From Anthoceros angustus (lineage: Eukaryota; Plantae; Anthocerotophyta), in the NCBI GenBank assembly GCA_010909165.1, contig VJWM01000288.1, positions 62,001 through 126,000 on the forward strand: a DNA stretch of 64,000 bases. Direction: 5' to 3'. Of this stretch, positions 39,393-52,200 are shown piece by piece. Both the position numbers and the translations under genes were made by a program. Position 1 is the stretch's first letter; each line of letters starts with the position of its first letter. Under the pieces are notes generated by a model. The model had not been told where the DNA came from. It saw nothing but the letters and a program-made list of their open reading frames with translations, and searched no databases.

Positions 39393-42300
39393 CAATACAA
39401 GGGAGGGAAGGGTTTTACAAAACCCCTTTTGTAAATGTCCCAATTTTTACATTGTCTAAAAGCCCTGTAAATTGATTTAAGTTTTGCTGATGTGGCAAGT
39501 TTTAAGACGCGGTTTACAATGGGGGTTTCTATTTGGATGAAGTGAGTGCTCATTTACAACAAAGTGGATTGATGACGTGGCTCCTGTTGTAGATTACATT
39601 GTAAAAGTCTTTTCTCTTTTGATCTTCATTTTTCTAAAACTCTTTATTACTATTATTAATTAAACAAATATGATTAGAGTCCATTTACAACAGCAATTGA
39701 TGACGTGGGTCCCTTGCTATAGATTACGTTGTAAAACCTTCTACTCAAATCTTGTTTTATTTTAATTTTTTTTAAAATATTTATTATTATTATTATTCAC
39801 AAAAAATGTGATTGGAGGCCATTTACAACAAAGATTGAAGACGTGGATCCTTTGTTGTAGATTACGTTGAAGTTCCTTTTACTCAATTTTTTTATTTTTT
39901 TCAAAAATCTTTATTATTATTATTATTATTATTATTTACGAGACAAAGGACAATCTAGGTGCGTATGATAGTTGATGACATACATGCAACTACGTAAACA
40001 TCAAGAAAACATGCAGGGCATGAACACCAAAAAGACGTGATCCTTTGTTGTAGATTACGCTGAAGTTCCTTTTACTCAATTTTTTATTTTTTCAAAAATC
40101 TTATTATTATTATTATTATTATTTACGAGACAAAGGACAATCTAGGTGCGATGATAGTTGATGACATACATGCAACTACGTAAACATCAAGAAAACATGC
40201 ATTTATGAACACCAAAATGCACGATAGGCACTTAAAGAACACAAAGCAATCGAAAAATAGCATGCCATAGTGGTCGGATTCGATTTCTTCTACGATCGCA
40301 CCCGCACTACGCGCACCGTGGGTGCCGGGCATGAACTTGTCGGCTCTAGGAGCCGGGAGCTTTCAAGACCGGCTTCATCTCTACATCCCACTTCATGAGG
40401 AACGAGAATCACGCATGGGTGGGCAAACATCAACCTCCTTGGGATAACCCCATCGGTTCTTGGCCATCATAGATGTTGTGGATGTCATTGTGTTTCGCTC
40501 ATGGCTTCCACAAATGCTACAAGTAGGTGAGACTTGCTTTGTCAGCCGCATTGAGCTTGGTCTAGAAAAGAATCATCCACCTCAATGAGCTGTCCGATTC
40601 TTGAACAACCAACTGGCCTTTTATATACATTTTGTTAGGTCTCTGCTCCTACACTTCCGAGGTCATCGCATGACCACCACAAGATGAAGATAATTCTCCC
40701 ATGACTCTTGGTGACACGCAACAAACAATACAAGGAGGGAAGGGTTTACAAAACCCTTTTGTAATGTCCCAATTTTACATTGTCTAAAAGCCTGAATTGA
40801 TTTAAGTTTTGCGATGTGGCAAGTTTTAAGACGCAGTTTACAATGGGGTTTCTATTTGGATGAAGTGAGGTGCTCATTTACAACAAAGTGGATTGATGAC
40901 GGCTCCTGTTGTAGATTACATTGTAAAAGTCTTTTCTCTTTTGATCTTCATTTTTCTAAAACTCTTTATTACTATTATTAATTAAACAAATATGATTAGA
41001 GTCCATTTACAACAGCAATTGATGACGTGGGTCCCTTGCTATAGATTACGTTGTAAAACCTTCTACTCAAATCTTGTTTTATTTTAATTTTTTAAAATAT
41101 TTATTATTATTATTATTCACAAAAATGTGATTGAGGCCATTTACAACAAAGATTGAAGACGTGATCCTTTGTTGTAGATTACGCTGAAGTTCCTTTTACT
41201 CAATTTTTTATTTTTTCAAAAATCTTATTATTATTATTATTATTATTTACTTAGACAAAGGACAATCTAGGTGCGATGATAGTTGATGACATACATGCAA
41301 CTACGTAAACATCAAGAAAACATGCATTTATGAACACCAAAATGCACGATAGGCACTTAAAGAACACAAAGCAATCGAAAAATAAGCATGCCATAGTGGT
41401 CGGATTCGATTTCTTCTACGATCGCACCCTGCACTCGCGCACCGTGGGTGCCGGGTGATGAACTTGTCGGCTCTAGGAGCCGGGAGCCAAGACCGGCTTC
41501 ATCTCTCTACATCCCACTTCATGAGGAACGAGAATCACGCATGGGTCTGGGCAAACATCAACCTCCCGCCTGAGCACCCCATCGGTTCTTGGCCATCATA
41601 GATGTGGATGTCATTGTGTTTCGCTCATGGCTTCCAAGTACAATACTACAAGTAGGTGAGACTTGCTTTGTCACCGCATTGAGCTTATTCAGAAAAGAAT
41701 CATCCACCTCAATGAGCTCACGATTCTTGAACAACTCGCAAACTCGCTCTTTTATATACATTTTGTTAGGTCTCGCCTTACACTCCGAGGTCATCATGAC
41801 CAGCCCACAAAGATGAGATGCGGCACCGCCTTCTTCATCGGGCCTCGCTCAGGATTTACATGGCTTGCAAGCGCACCAAGATTGATCAACACAAGAGTAG
41901 ATGCAAGAATGAGAGGGTACACGTGACGCATCGCGGGCCCGGCCATGCGGAGCGCGCGGCGCCGATGGCCGTCTGGCCGCTGCCACGCTGGTCCGGTGCT
42001 TGGGGCCAATGCCTTGAGCTCGCACATTCTGGATGTGTGTGTTTTGGTCTTCCTTTTTTCGGTTTCGATTGTGATGGCGTTTGGGGGGTCATCATGTACT
42101 ACTAGGGAGAGGGGTGTTTTACAAAACCCCTTTTGCAAATCTCCCAATCTTTACAACGTCTAAACACCTCCATTGTAAATTGGTTTAAGTTTCGCTAATG
42201 TGGCAAGTTTTAAAACTCGGTTTCCAACGGGGGTTTTTAGTTGGATGATGTGGCACTCTTTTGGGTGCTCATTTACAACAACGGATTGATGGCGTATTCT

Positions 42301-43744
42301 CCCATGACTCTTGGTGACACGCAACAAACAATACAAGGGAGGGAAGGGTTTTACAAAACCCCTTTTGTAAATGTCCCAATTTTTACATTGTCTAAAAGCC
42401 CTGTAAATTGATTTAAGTTTTGCTGATGTGGCAAGTTTTAAGACGCGGTTTACAATGGGGGTTTCTATTTGGATGAAGTGAGGTGCTCATTTACAACAGT
42501 GGATTGATGACGTGGCTCCCTTGTTGTAGATTACATTGTAAAAGTCTTTTCTCTTTTGATCTTCATTTTTCTAAAACTCTTTATTACTATTATTAATTAA
42601 ACAAATATGATTAGAGTCCATTTACAACAGCAATTGATGACGTGGGTCCCTTGCTATAGATTACGTTGTAAAACCTTCTACTCAAATCTTGTTTTATTTT
42701 AATTTTTTTTAAAATATTTATTATTATTATTATTCACAAAAATGTGATTGAGGCCATTTACAACAAAGATTGAAGACGTGATCCTTTGTTGTAGATTACG
42801 CTGAAGTTCCTTTTACTCAATTTTTTATTTTTTTCCAAAATCTTTATTATTATTATTATTATTATTATTTACGAGACAAAGGACAATCTAGGTGCGTATG
42901 ATAGTTGATGACATACATGCAACTACGTAAACATCAAGAAAACATGCAGACGATGAACACCAAACAGACGTAGGCACTTAAAGAACACAAAGCAATCGAA
43001 AAAATAGCATGCCATAGTGGCTGGATTCGATTTCTTCTACGATCAGACCCCAGACCACATGCGCACTGTGGGTGCTGGCATGAACTTGTCGGCTCTAGGA
43101 GCCGGGAGCTTTCTCAGCACTGGCTTCATCTCTCTCACATCCCACTTCACAGAGGAACGAGAATCACGCATGGGTCGGGGCAAACATCAACTCCTCCCGC
43201 CCGGATAACTTCTACTGGTTCTTGGCCATCATAGATGTTGTGGATGTCATTGTGTTTCTGTTCATGGCTTCCAAGTACAGCTACAAGTAGGTGAGACTTG
43301 CTTTGTCAGCCGCATTGAGCTTGGTCTAGAAAAGAATCATCCACCTCAATGAGCCTGCTGCTGATTCTTGAACAACCTGCAACCTGTCTTATATACATTT
43401 TTGTTAGGTCTCTGCTCCTACACTTCCGAGGTCATCATAGACAGCCCACAAAGATGAGATGCGGCACCGCCTCTTCTTCATCGGGCCTCGCTCAGGATTT
43501 ACATGGCTTAAAGCGCACAAGATTGATCAACACAAGAGTAGATGCAAGAATGAGAGGGTACACGTGACGGCATCGCGGGCCCGGCGATGCGGAGCGCGCG
43601 GGGCGCCGATGGCCGTCCTGCTGGCCTACACGCGCGGTCTGGTGCTTGGGGCGCCAATGCCTTGAGCTCGCACATTCTGGATGTGTGTGTTTTGGTCTTC
43701 CTTTTTTCGGTTTCGATTGTGATGGCGTTTGGGGGGTCATCATG
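39393..43744. mobile_element. CACTA-like left arm with subterminal repeats and captured gene fragments, tandemly triplicated
   Basis: Starts CAATACAAGGGAGGGAAGGGTTTTACAAAACC, similar to the left end of the CACTA at 43745. Contains TTTACAAC..GATGACGTGG..GTTGTAAA units. The unit restarts near 40681 and 42296. No matching right end found. Confidence 0.6.
43014..43290 (+). pseudogene. Captured C-terminal fragment of an NRT1/PTR (NPF) transporter; further copies near 40266-40530 and 41393-41655
   Basis: GFDFFYDQTPDHMRTVGAGMNLSALGAGSFLSTGFISL..WVGANINSSRPDNFYWFLAIIDVVDVIVFLFMASKYSYK* (one frameshift) matches the last two TM helices of NPF proteins. Confidence 0.82.
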
Positions 43745-46700
43745 TACTACTAGGGAGAGGGGTGTTTTACAAAACCCCTTTTGCAAATCTCCCAATCTTT
43801 ACAACGTCTAAACACCTCCATTGTAAATTGGTTTAAGTTTCGCTAATGTGGCAAGTTTTAAAACTCGGTTTCCAACGGGGGTTTTTAGTTGGATGATGTG
43901 GCACTCTTTTGGGTGCTCATTTACAACAACGGATTGATGGCGTGGCTCCCACGTTGTAGATTACGTTGTAAAAGCCTTTTTCTCAAAATTTGATCTTTAT
44001 TTTTCTAAAAACTTTTATTGATATCACTAATCACAAAAATATGATTGGAAGCCATTTACAACAAAGATTGAAGACGTGATCCTTTGTTGTAGATTACGTT
44101 GTAAAATCCTTTTTCTCAAAATTTGTTCTTTATTTCTTCAAAACTCTTTATTATTATTATTAATCATAAAAATATGATTAGAGGCCATTTACAACAGAAA
44201 TTGATGACGGGGCTTCCTTCTTGTAGATTACGTTGTAAAATATTTTTCTCAAAATGTGTTTTTTATTTTTTTAACTCTTTATTATTATTATTATTCACAA
44301 AAATATAATTGGAGGCCATTTACAACAGCGATTGATGACATGGCTCCCTTGTTGTAGATTACGTTGTAAAGTATTTTTCTCAAAATGTGTTCTTTATTTT
44401 TTTAAAACTCTTTATTATTGTTATTGATCACAAAAAATGTGATAGGAGGCCATTTACAACATGCGATGACGTGGCTTTGTTGTAGATTACGTTGTAAAAC
44501 CTTTTCTCAAAATTTGTTCTTTATTTCTTCAAAACTCTTTATTATTATTATTAATCATAAAAATATGATTAGAGGCCATTTACAACAGAAATTGATGACG
44601 GGGCTTCCTTCTTGTAGATTACGTTGTAAAATATTTTTCTCAAAATGTGTTTTTATTTTTAACTCTTTATTATTATTATTATTCACAAAAATATAATTGA
44701 GGCCATTTACAACAGCGATTGATGACATATCTTTGTTGTAGATTACGCTAAAAGTATTTTTCTCAAAATGTGTTCTTTATTTTTTAACTCTTTATTATTG
44801 TTATTGATCACAAAAAATGTGATAGGAGGCCATTTACAACAGCGATTGATGACGTGGTTCCCTTGTTGTAGATTACGTTGTAAAGAATTTTTCTTCAAAA
44901 TGTGAGGTGGAGGGTATTTTAAATTTGGTGGGGTTATTTTGTGGGGCATGATGAACGTGTCCATTCAAGAGTACGGAGGCGTGCCACTCTAAACAGACTC
45001 CATTAATCCCAGCCCTTACACACACCGCATGGAGAGGGAAAAGTCGAGGGGGCGCTTAGTGCTCTAATACTAGTACGTCGCGCTCTTTAGCATTTTCTTA
45101 AGTGTTCTTATTGTGAGCAGGTACCACCTCTATGCCTACAAGCAAGTGCGCACTGCCCCGATGGTACATGTTCGTACATGCCCACCTTTCGCAAGCCATT
45201 GTTGGGCGTTTGGGCGCCATTGTTAGGCGGTAATTGGGTGCCATTGTTGGGCGTTGGGCACCATTGTCAGGCGTTAATTGGGCGCTACTGTTAGGCGTTA
45301 ATTGGCCGCCATTGTTGGGCGTTGATTGGGCGCCATTGTTGGGTGTTGGGCGCCATAGTTGGGTGTTGGGTGCCATAGTCGGGTGTTGGGCGCCATAGTT
45401 GGGTGTTGGGCGCCTTTGTTGGGTGTTGGGCGCCATTGTTGGGCATTAATTGGGCGTCATAATTGGGCGTTGGGCGCCATTATTATTGAGCGTTATTTGG
45501 GCACCATTGTATGGCCAGCCATTGTCGGGCGTTGGGCTAAGGCTTTGGGGCAGACAATTTGGTGGAAGGTGTCCTCTAGACCCGACTTTTCTTTACCATT
45601 TTGTGGGGCTGCTTGTAGCGTGTCAAGTTCTTTACCATTTTGGTGGGGTTGCTTATGGTGTATCAAGTTCTTTACCATTTCGGTGGAGCTGCTTGTGGTG
45701 TGTCAAGTTCTTTACCATTTTGGGTCATGGTCCGTCAAGTCCGATGTCGTGAAGCTAATCTCGCTTGGCTCTATTGGATTTTGACTTGCATCTTATATTC
45801 CTCTTCACATGCATGTTGCTGTTGACCCTGCACATATGATGGCCTTCAAATCCAGGAGAATATCTAGTAGGAGGATCATCACAACCTTCAAGTGCAAGTG
45901 CAAGCGCATTCTACAATGCACTGCCTTGTAAAGATCGCACGAACTTACAAGGCATCGGCGGATTATGTTACAATATATATTGCCTTCATTTATCCTAATT
46001 TTAAGATTTTATGTATGCATTATTTTATGTAAATCTGGTCCCTAATTAGGGGCCCAATTTAGTTAAAATAATATGTATATATATACTGCCCAAACATTAG
46101 GATTTAAATGAAATGGATATAATATAATTAGATACGGTAATTATCATAGATTTATAATCTTAATTAGATACTTATTTAGTTAATTCCATCATTATTTTAT
46201 CAATATTATCATATATTGAATAAATACTCGTGTATCGTATAATATATGTGTATAATTTGATCTTCATATATTATACAATATAGTATACCTTATGTCAGTA
46301 CCCGTATGTATGAAAAAAAGATGTATACTATTTTTGTAGAATACGTATATATTTTAATGTATAAGCAATGTTGTAAATCATTGAGACGTGAATTTTCCAA
46401 GTTGTAATCTACCTTGTAGATTGTGTTGTAAAACTAGCGATTCACAAATTTTTGAGATTGTAAATGCGGTTGTAAACGACCTTGTAAACCACGTCGTAAA
46501 CGACGTGGTAAACGACGTCATAAACCACGTCGTGAACAACGTCATAAACTACGTCGTAAACAACAACGTCATAAACTACGTCGTAAACAACAACGTCATA
46601 AACTACGTCGTAAACAACAACGTCATAAACTACGTCGTAAACAACGTGGTAAACCACGTCGTAAACCTCGTAATAAATTACATTGCAAACGATGTTGTAA

Positions 46701-47144
46701 ACGACGTTGTAAATGAGGTTGTAAAGTAAGGGTATATGAAGGTTGTAAATGAGGTTGTAACGTATATTATAAAATACGTCGTAAATAGACCTACTTTACA
46801 ACCTAGTTAAGCTGTCAGACTACAACCTCCTATTAACAACCTACTTTACAACCTAGATTACAAGGCAACCACGTTGTAAATGGCGTTGTCATTTAGGTTG
46901 TAAACGAGCCCAACGTTGTAAATGGCGCTGTCATTTAGGTTGTAAACGACGCCATAAACCACGTCAGAACGACGTGGTAAACCACGTCAAGAACCTGATG
47001 ACGTGGCAATCTTGCCTGCCACGTCATCAATTTTACAACCTAGTTAAGCTGTCAGTTTACGAACGTGTAAATGCCCATTTTCACAATGTGAGGTTGTAAA
47101 TTATGTTGTAAAATACGTTGTAAAACACCTCGATTCTTGTAGTG
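43745..47144. mobile_element. Non-autonomous CACTA (En/Spm) element, 3.4 kb, TSD ATG
   Basis: ATG|TACTACTAGGGAGAGGGGTGTTTTACAA ... TTGTAAAACACCTCGATTCTTGTAGTG|ATG. The right end reads CACTACAAG on the minus strand. Dense TTTACAAC/GTTGTAAA subterminal repeats at both ends; no transposase. Confidence 0.88.
45200..45720. repeat. Minisatellites inside the CACTA: about 20-bp TTGGGCGCCATTGTTGGGCG units and 3x about 41-bp TTCTTTACCATTT..GTCAAG
   Basis: Direct inspection. Confidence 0.85.
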
Positions 47145-47577
47145 ATGACAGTTATGGGCATTTATCAGGATGCCCAAATGCATCACATGTGCCATATTTG
47201 GCTTATAGACGGTATATTCCGTATGAATTATATGCCTTTAGTAATCCCATATATATATATCATTTTCCTTTACTAATTTAGCTTCTTTATTTCAGCTCAT
47301 TAGTTTAAGTTCAACTTTCTTTTGAGCAACATATTTTCTTTCCCAACAGGAATTACGTAGCTATATTAGGCTTACTTTCTAGCCTATTTTCTCTCCTACT
47401 TCATAGTGAGAGGGAGTGATAAAATAATTTATTAATTAGGGCATCTAGAAATCCCTAGAATTAAACATTATTTAATTCATAGGGCTAAAAGTAGTTACTT
47501 TATTTAGTTATTAGTTATATTGGTTACAACCACCTATAACCACCTCTACTTTTTAAACACTTGTACTTTCTATCATT

Positions 47578-48396
47578 TTATGCAATGCTACAAATATCTT
47601 TGAGCAAGTGTGTGATTTTCATCATCCCCATCCGAAGGAAGCGGTATCGCTGCTTCTGAAATCGCTCTTTAGTCAGCTTTAGCAAACACATTTGGTTGCA
47701 ACAAGGCTTTCTAAAATCCACTGTGATTATGTCCCCTTCACTTTTTTTCAATGACACTCCAACTGTGCGTCTCCGTCGAGATACAACGACTACCTCTGTT
47801 GAGGCCTTCAAAGTCTCACTCAAAGGCTTCGAATGGAAGGAACGACACGCATCAGGTGTCTGGCAGTCGTCCGCATCGTCTTCGTCACCAATGGGCCCTT
47901 CATGAACCGGTGAGTGCAAGCGACCAACATTAGCTGCATGAAACAAGCTCCGGCATGCAATCATCGACCCATCTCCCCGGGGAACGTCATTCACACCTCT
48001 CGAACTAGAATCTGGATGACGTTTAGATGGGCTTCCCTCCAAAGCACCGTAAAGATGCAAATTCCTAGGTGTCCGAGGAACACCCTACAGAATACTTGGC
48101 GACGCCAAATGTCGACGTCTGCGTCTGGTATCTACATGACCAATATTGAAGCATTCCACATGGATCACACCATACGGACTCTCACAACCAACAACAACAA
48201 TTCCCATATGAAGGGAACAAATTGAACCTTCGTCATGGCCGAAACCACCTTCGGGAATTGGAAAGCAGACACGATGCGGAGAGAGAGGTGCAGTTGCTGT
48301 GGCGTCCAATACAGCTTGCCTCTTCCCTGTTCTGACTTTATCTAAAGACCTCATACATTGCGAAGGGATTCCTTGTTCCAACTCTTCATCCTGCAC
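47578..48396 (-). pseudogene. Truncated ORF (about 270 codons, one in-frame TAG) ending in a CCxxxC motif; possible transposase N-terminus
   Basis: ORF 48085-48396 continues in frame through a TAG into 47578-48060, ending RKPCCNQMCLLKLTKERFQKQRYRF. Family assignment is uncertain. Confidence 0.35.
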
Positions 48397-49269
48397 GCCA
48401 ATCCATTGGCTTCAATCAGATGCAACAAACAACATAGACTAGGAATAGCATGTGAGTGTTGCAAAAGATAAGAACTCCAACCTCCTCTCCTTCCGGCATG
48501 TGGGTTAGATTCAACATCGCATGCCCATGGCGTAGTAGAGAACCTCGACTTTGAGGGCCCTGGTAGTGTGAAAGGAAGACGCCGGGAGCGGAAGAGGCTT
48601 GCCTTAGCAGACCTTGAACGACGAGGATGATCGAAAAGGAAGACGCATGCAAACGGTGGCTACCTGCCTTAGTAGGCCTAGAGCAAAGAGGGAGAGGACA
48701 TTATTTTGCTAACTAATTACTCGAACATGATTGAGTATCCACAAGAGATCTCCAACTGTAGATCATGCCTCCATTCCTTTTTATTGACGTAAATTAATGT
48801 GCCATAGCCAGCCGCCACCTAAGATAGTGTGATTATGGGTCAGTTGGAGTTTAAATTAGGGCCTGCGTAAATATGGTGTCCTACATCAATTCAGCAGTGA
48901 TTTGAGCTATAAATGTATCGGGGCAAGGAAACCCTACTAACCCAACGTTTTGTTTCGGCGGTTCGTGTTACGGTGTGGCATGCTTGCATGTAAGTCCGAT
49001 CCGAGTAACGCGTGCCAAGCTTGCGCCTTTGTTTTGCTCTGATTTCGAGCATGATCGTGCAATCTCAGGCATCTGAGCTTCGTGGCAACACGATGTGGAG
49101 CGTAGAGCAACCCTTGTCAATTGACTTGGAGTTAAGAGGCAAGCACAAGACATTCTTCAAGTACGCTAGGTAGCAGCTGTTGTGAAAGAGGTTCTTCTTT
49201 CATCCTTGCAATCAATTTTGAACATCCGCGCTATTGCATATTGTGCTTAACGTTTGCAAGTTTGTTTGC

Positions 49270-52200
49270 ATGAAGATGGCAAGCGCGAGGAGGAGCAAGA
49301 AGGACCAAGCAGACCCAGTCGCCAATCCGCCAATGCCGCCCCAGAAGCCAAAGAAAACTAGGGCTGCAAACAAGGCAAATACGGGAGCTCTCACCGGAAC
49401 GGAATTGTTCGAGGTGCAACCCACCATGTCTGCATATGAAGGCACTTTGCCAACACAATCTGCACACCCTGCAGGTGTGGGAGGGCATATTGCCTCTGCG
49501 GGGCAGGCAAAATTTGAGAGCATGTCTTCAGTGAAGAGTAACAGAACAAAGGTTGGTGGCGGACAAGGTGTGGAGAAGGTTGTGAAAAGTACGAAGCAAC
49601 CCGTGTCAGCCGCAATTCCTTCTCCATTCAGCTACGAGGACACGGTGCTCATCCGACGACTTGGTGGCCAGATTGACCCTGTTGTTATTGTGGAAAAGGA
49701 TTGGATGCTCAACCAGGATCCACATCTAGATGAGGAAAGTGTGCCATGGACGCCCTTGCTAAAACTGTGGATAATGGGGTACATGGGGGCTTTGCCCAAT
49801 CAAAGAGCTAGGGCTGGTTGGGTTATATGGGCAACAATGGACATCTATGAGGGAGAGCCGAGTTTACCTTGTTTTGCACCACCAAGCCACATGAGTTCGA
49901 GGCAGTAATCCAGGACCCTGATGTGTATAGGTCGTATGTTCTTAGTTTGAGAGGGTTTCACTCCAAGAAATGTGCACCTCGATCACTTGTCAAATAGTTC
50001 CGTTAATGCATGCGCCAGCATACTGTAAGTTGTCTGAAATGATAGTCTTGTTGGTTGCCCTTTGACTTTGATCAATGACCCATCTTTCGGTTTTTCGTTT
50101 TGTAGCGACCCTTAGTCGGAAGGGCACTCATCAGGGCTATCTGTAGGAAGATTACAAAGACAATTGTGGATCACAGAAGGGAGGTGTCCATGAGATGGGT
50201 GAGAGCAACAATGCATAGAAGTAATGAAGAGGCAGAAAATTGAGAGCCGAAGATTCCAGAAAGTGAGCTTGGCCCATCAGATGAGGAAGATGGCCCCATT
50301 CCAAATGTGCTAGGCCATTCGGATGAAGAAATGTTTGGGGGGCAGGATGAAGAACGGGATGCTATTGACCTACCCAGCTTGGCAATGCAGGGGCCGTCCA
50401 TGGTGGTCCCAACCATTGCGTACAATCCACATGAGATTCATGGGCGCCGGCCAGCCGGCGCCCATGCTGTGCTTAAGGTTGGAGCGGGTCCAGACTTGCC
50501 TACACGTGATCCAAACTGGTTCATCTAGTTTCAACAGGGGGATGCTGGACGGCGGCAGTCGGCCGGCACCCCAGTTAGAGCTTCTTCTGGCAGAACCCTT
50601 CCATGCGAGCATTGTGGAAGTGGCAGTGGTGGTGGCGAACCCGAAGATGAAGGCGATATAGGGGTGGAAAGAGGGGTTGGGCATGAGGTGGAAGCAAGGG
50701 GGCGCCGGCCAGCCGGCGCCCCCCACGGGTTTGCAAGAAGTGATGCCGGGCCGACGGCTGGCTTAAGAGGAAAGCGGACTGCAGCGACTTTGGATTCTAT
50801 TGATGGTACCAGGCAAACCCATAGTGGAGGCACAGAGGCAGGGAGGAAGAAAAAGAAAACAAAGAAGGTGGCAAGGCAAGAGGACCAGGATGCTGACATT
50901 TCAACTGTACATGTTTCTATAGATGAAGAATGGCTGGAGGACGCAATCAAAGATGCGGATCCCCTCACTCGCCCTAGGGATTCTGCATATGCGAAAGAGG
51001 GTGTCTTGGAGACATGTCTCCAAGCCTCTTTCGCATATGCAGAATCCAGAATGACCAATACTGTACAATATTGGTCAAATTGAAGAACCTAAGGCCAGCA
51101 CTGCACATAACTCCGGATGCGCAGATTTGCATGGTTGACGAGGCATGGGCCAACTATTTGGCGCATCTTATTTCTAAAGGAAGGACAGAAGAGGGTGTGT
51201 TGCCACTCCTATGTATGATTGATCCAAGTGAGTGTGATGCGCTGAGCAAGCTGGACTGGAAGCGATGACGGGGCGAAAAAATATGTCATGGGGGTTCTTG
51301 GTAGGAACCACAGTTATGCAACCATGAAACATCTATGTGATATCTCACCCAGGAAGAAGCGCTTCCAATATGTTGAAGCACATGCGTATTGTGGTCTTAC
51401 TGTTCCTGAAATATAAGTGTTTGCCACAGATCACAATACTATGTCGGACAAAAGAAAGAAGATGAACTTTATTGAGTAGGTCCGGTACTTGAGGGATGAG
51501 CTGCTGATTGCAAAATGGGAAGGAGTGTGGATGACCATGTCATGGAAGTTTAATCTGTACAAAGTGCTGGGATTGATTGAGGATGATGAAGGGCGTGAAG
51601 ACGACGTCTACAAGCAAAACAAATTGGACAATCAGACACACATTTTGTACATTGCCAAGCAGGAGGGTAAGGTGTGGGACAATGTAGACATGATTTTTTC
51701 CAAGTGGGAAGCGGGAGAACTACCGGAACAGAAGAAGCATTTACCAGCTAGGACAAGTGTTAGAGTACTTAATCAACACTCGCTTACTTATGGTTAGTTT
51801 AATAGGTCAGTTATATATTGAAGTGTCACATTAGGAGTATTTAGGTGAGAATGACTAATTTTATATTATCATTGCTTATTATTCAATACAACTTCTGTTT
51901 TTGTTCCTCTCTCCTCGCCCAGCTCAAGACCCAAACAACAAGCAAGAAAGGGAAAGGGAAGCTAAAGGTGAATGAGGAGCTGAAGCAAGTGGACACTGTT
52001 TACATGAAGCCTAAAGACATGTTGGCAAAGCCATGGAAATCCTTTCAAGGGATACGAGTTGGAGAGTGTGGGCAGCAAATTCTTATAACCACTACTGAAA
52101 AGGCGTTGATAAGACTTATAGATCTGAAGGGGAGATCACATTATGGAAGAAATTCCATGTCATACAAGTAGCGATGGTCAAATACCTGGGCTGCTCTTCT

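Noticed and set aside
45098-45784. ORFs with QHPTMAPNT-like repeats
   Set aside because: They are translations of a about 20-bp minisatellite inside the CACTA.
46388-46729. ORFs of (VVNNNVINY)n / (VVYDVVYD)n
   Set aside because: They are translations of CACTA subterminal DNA repeats.
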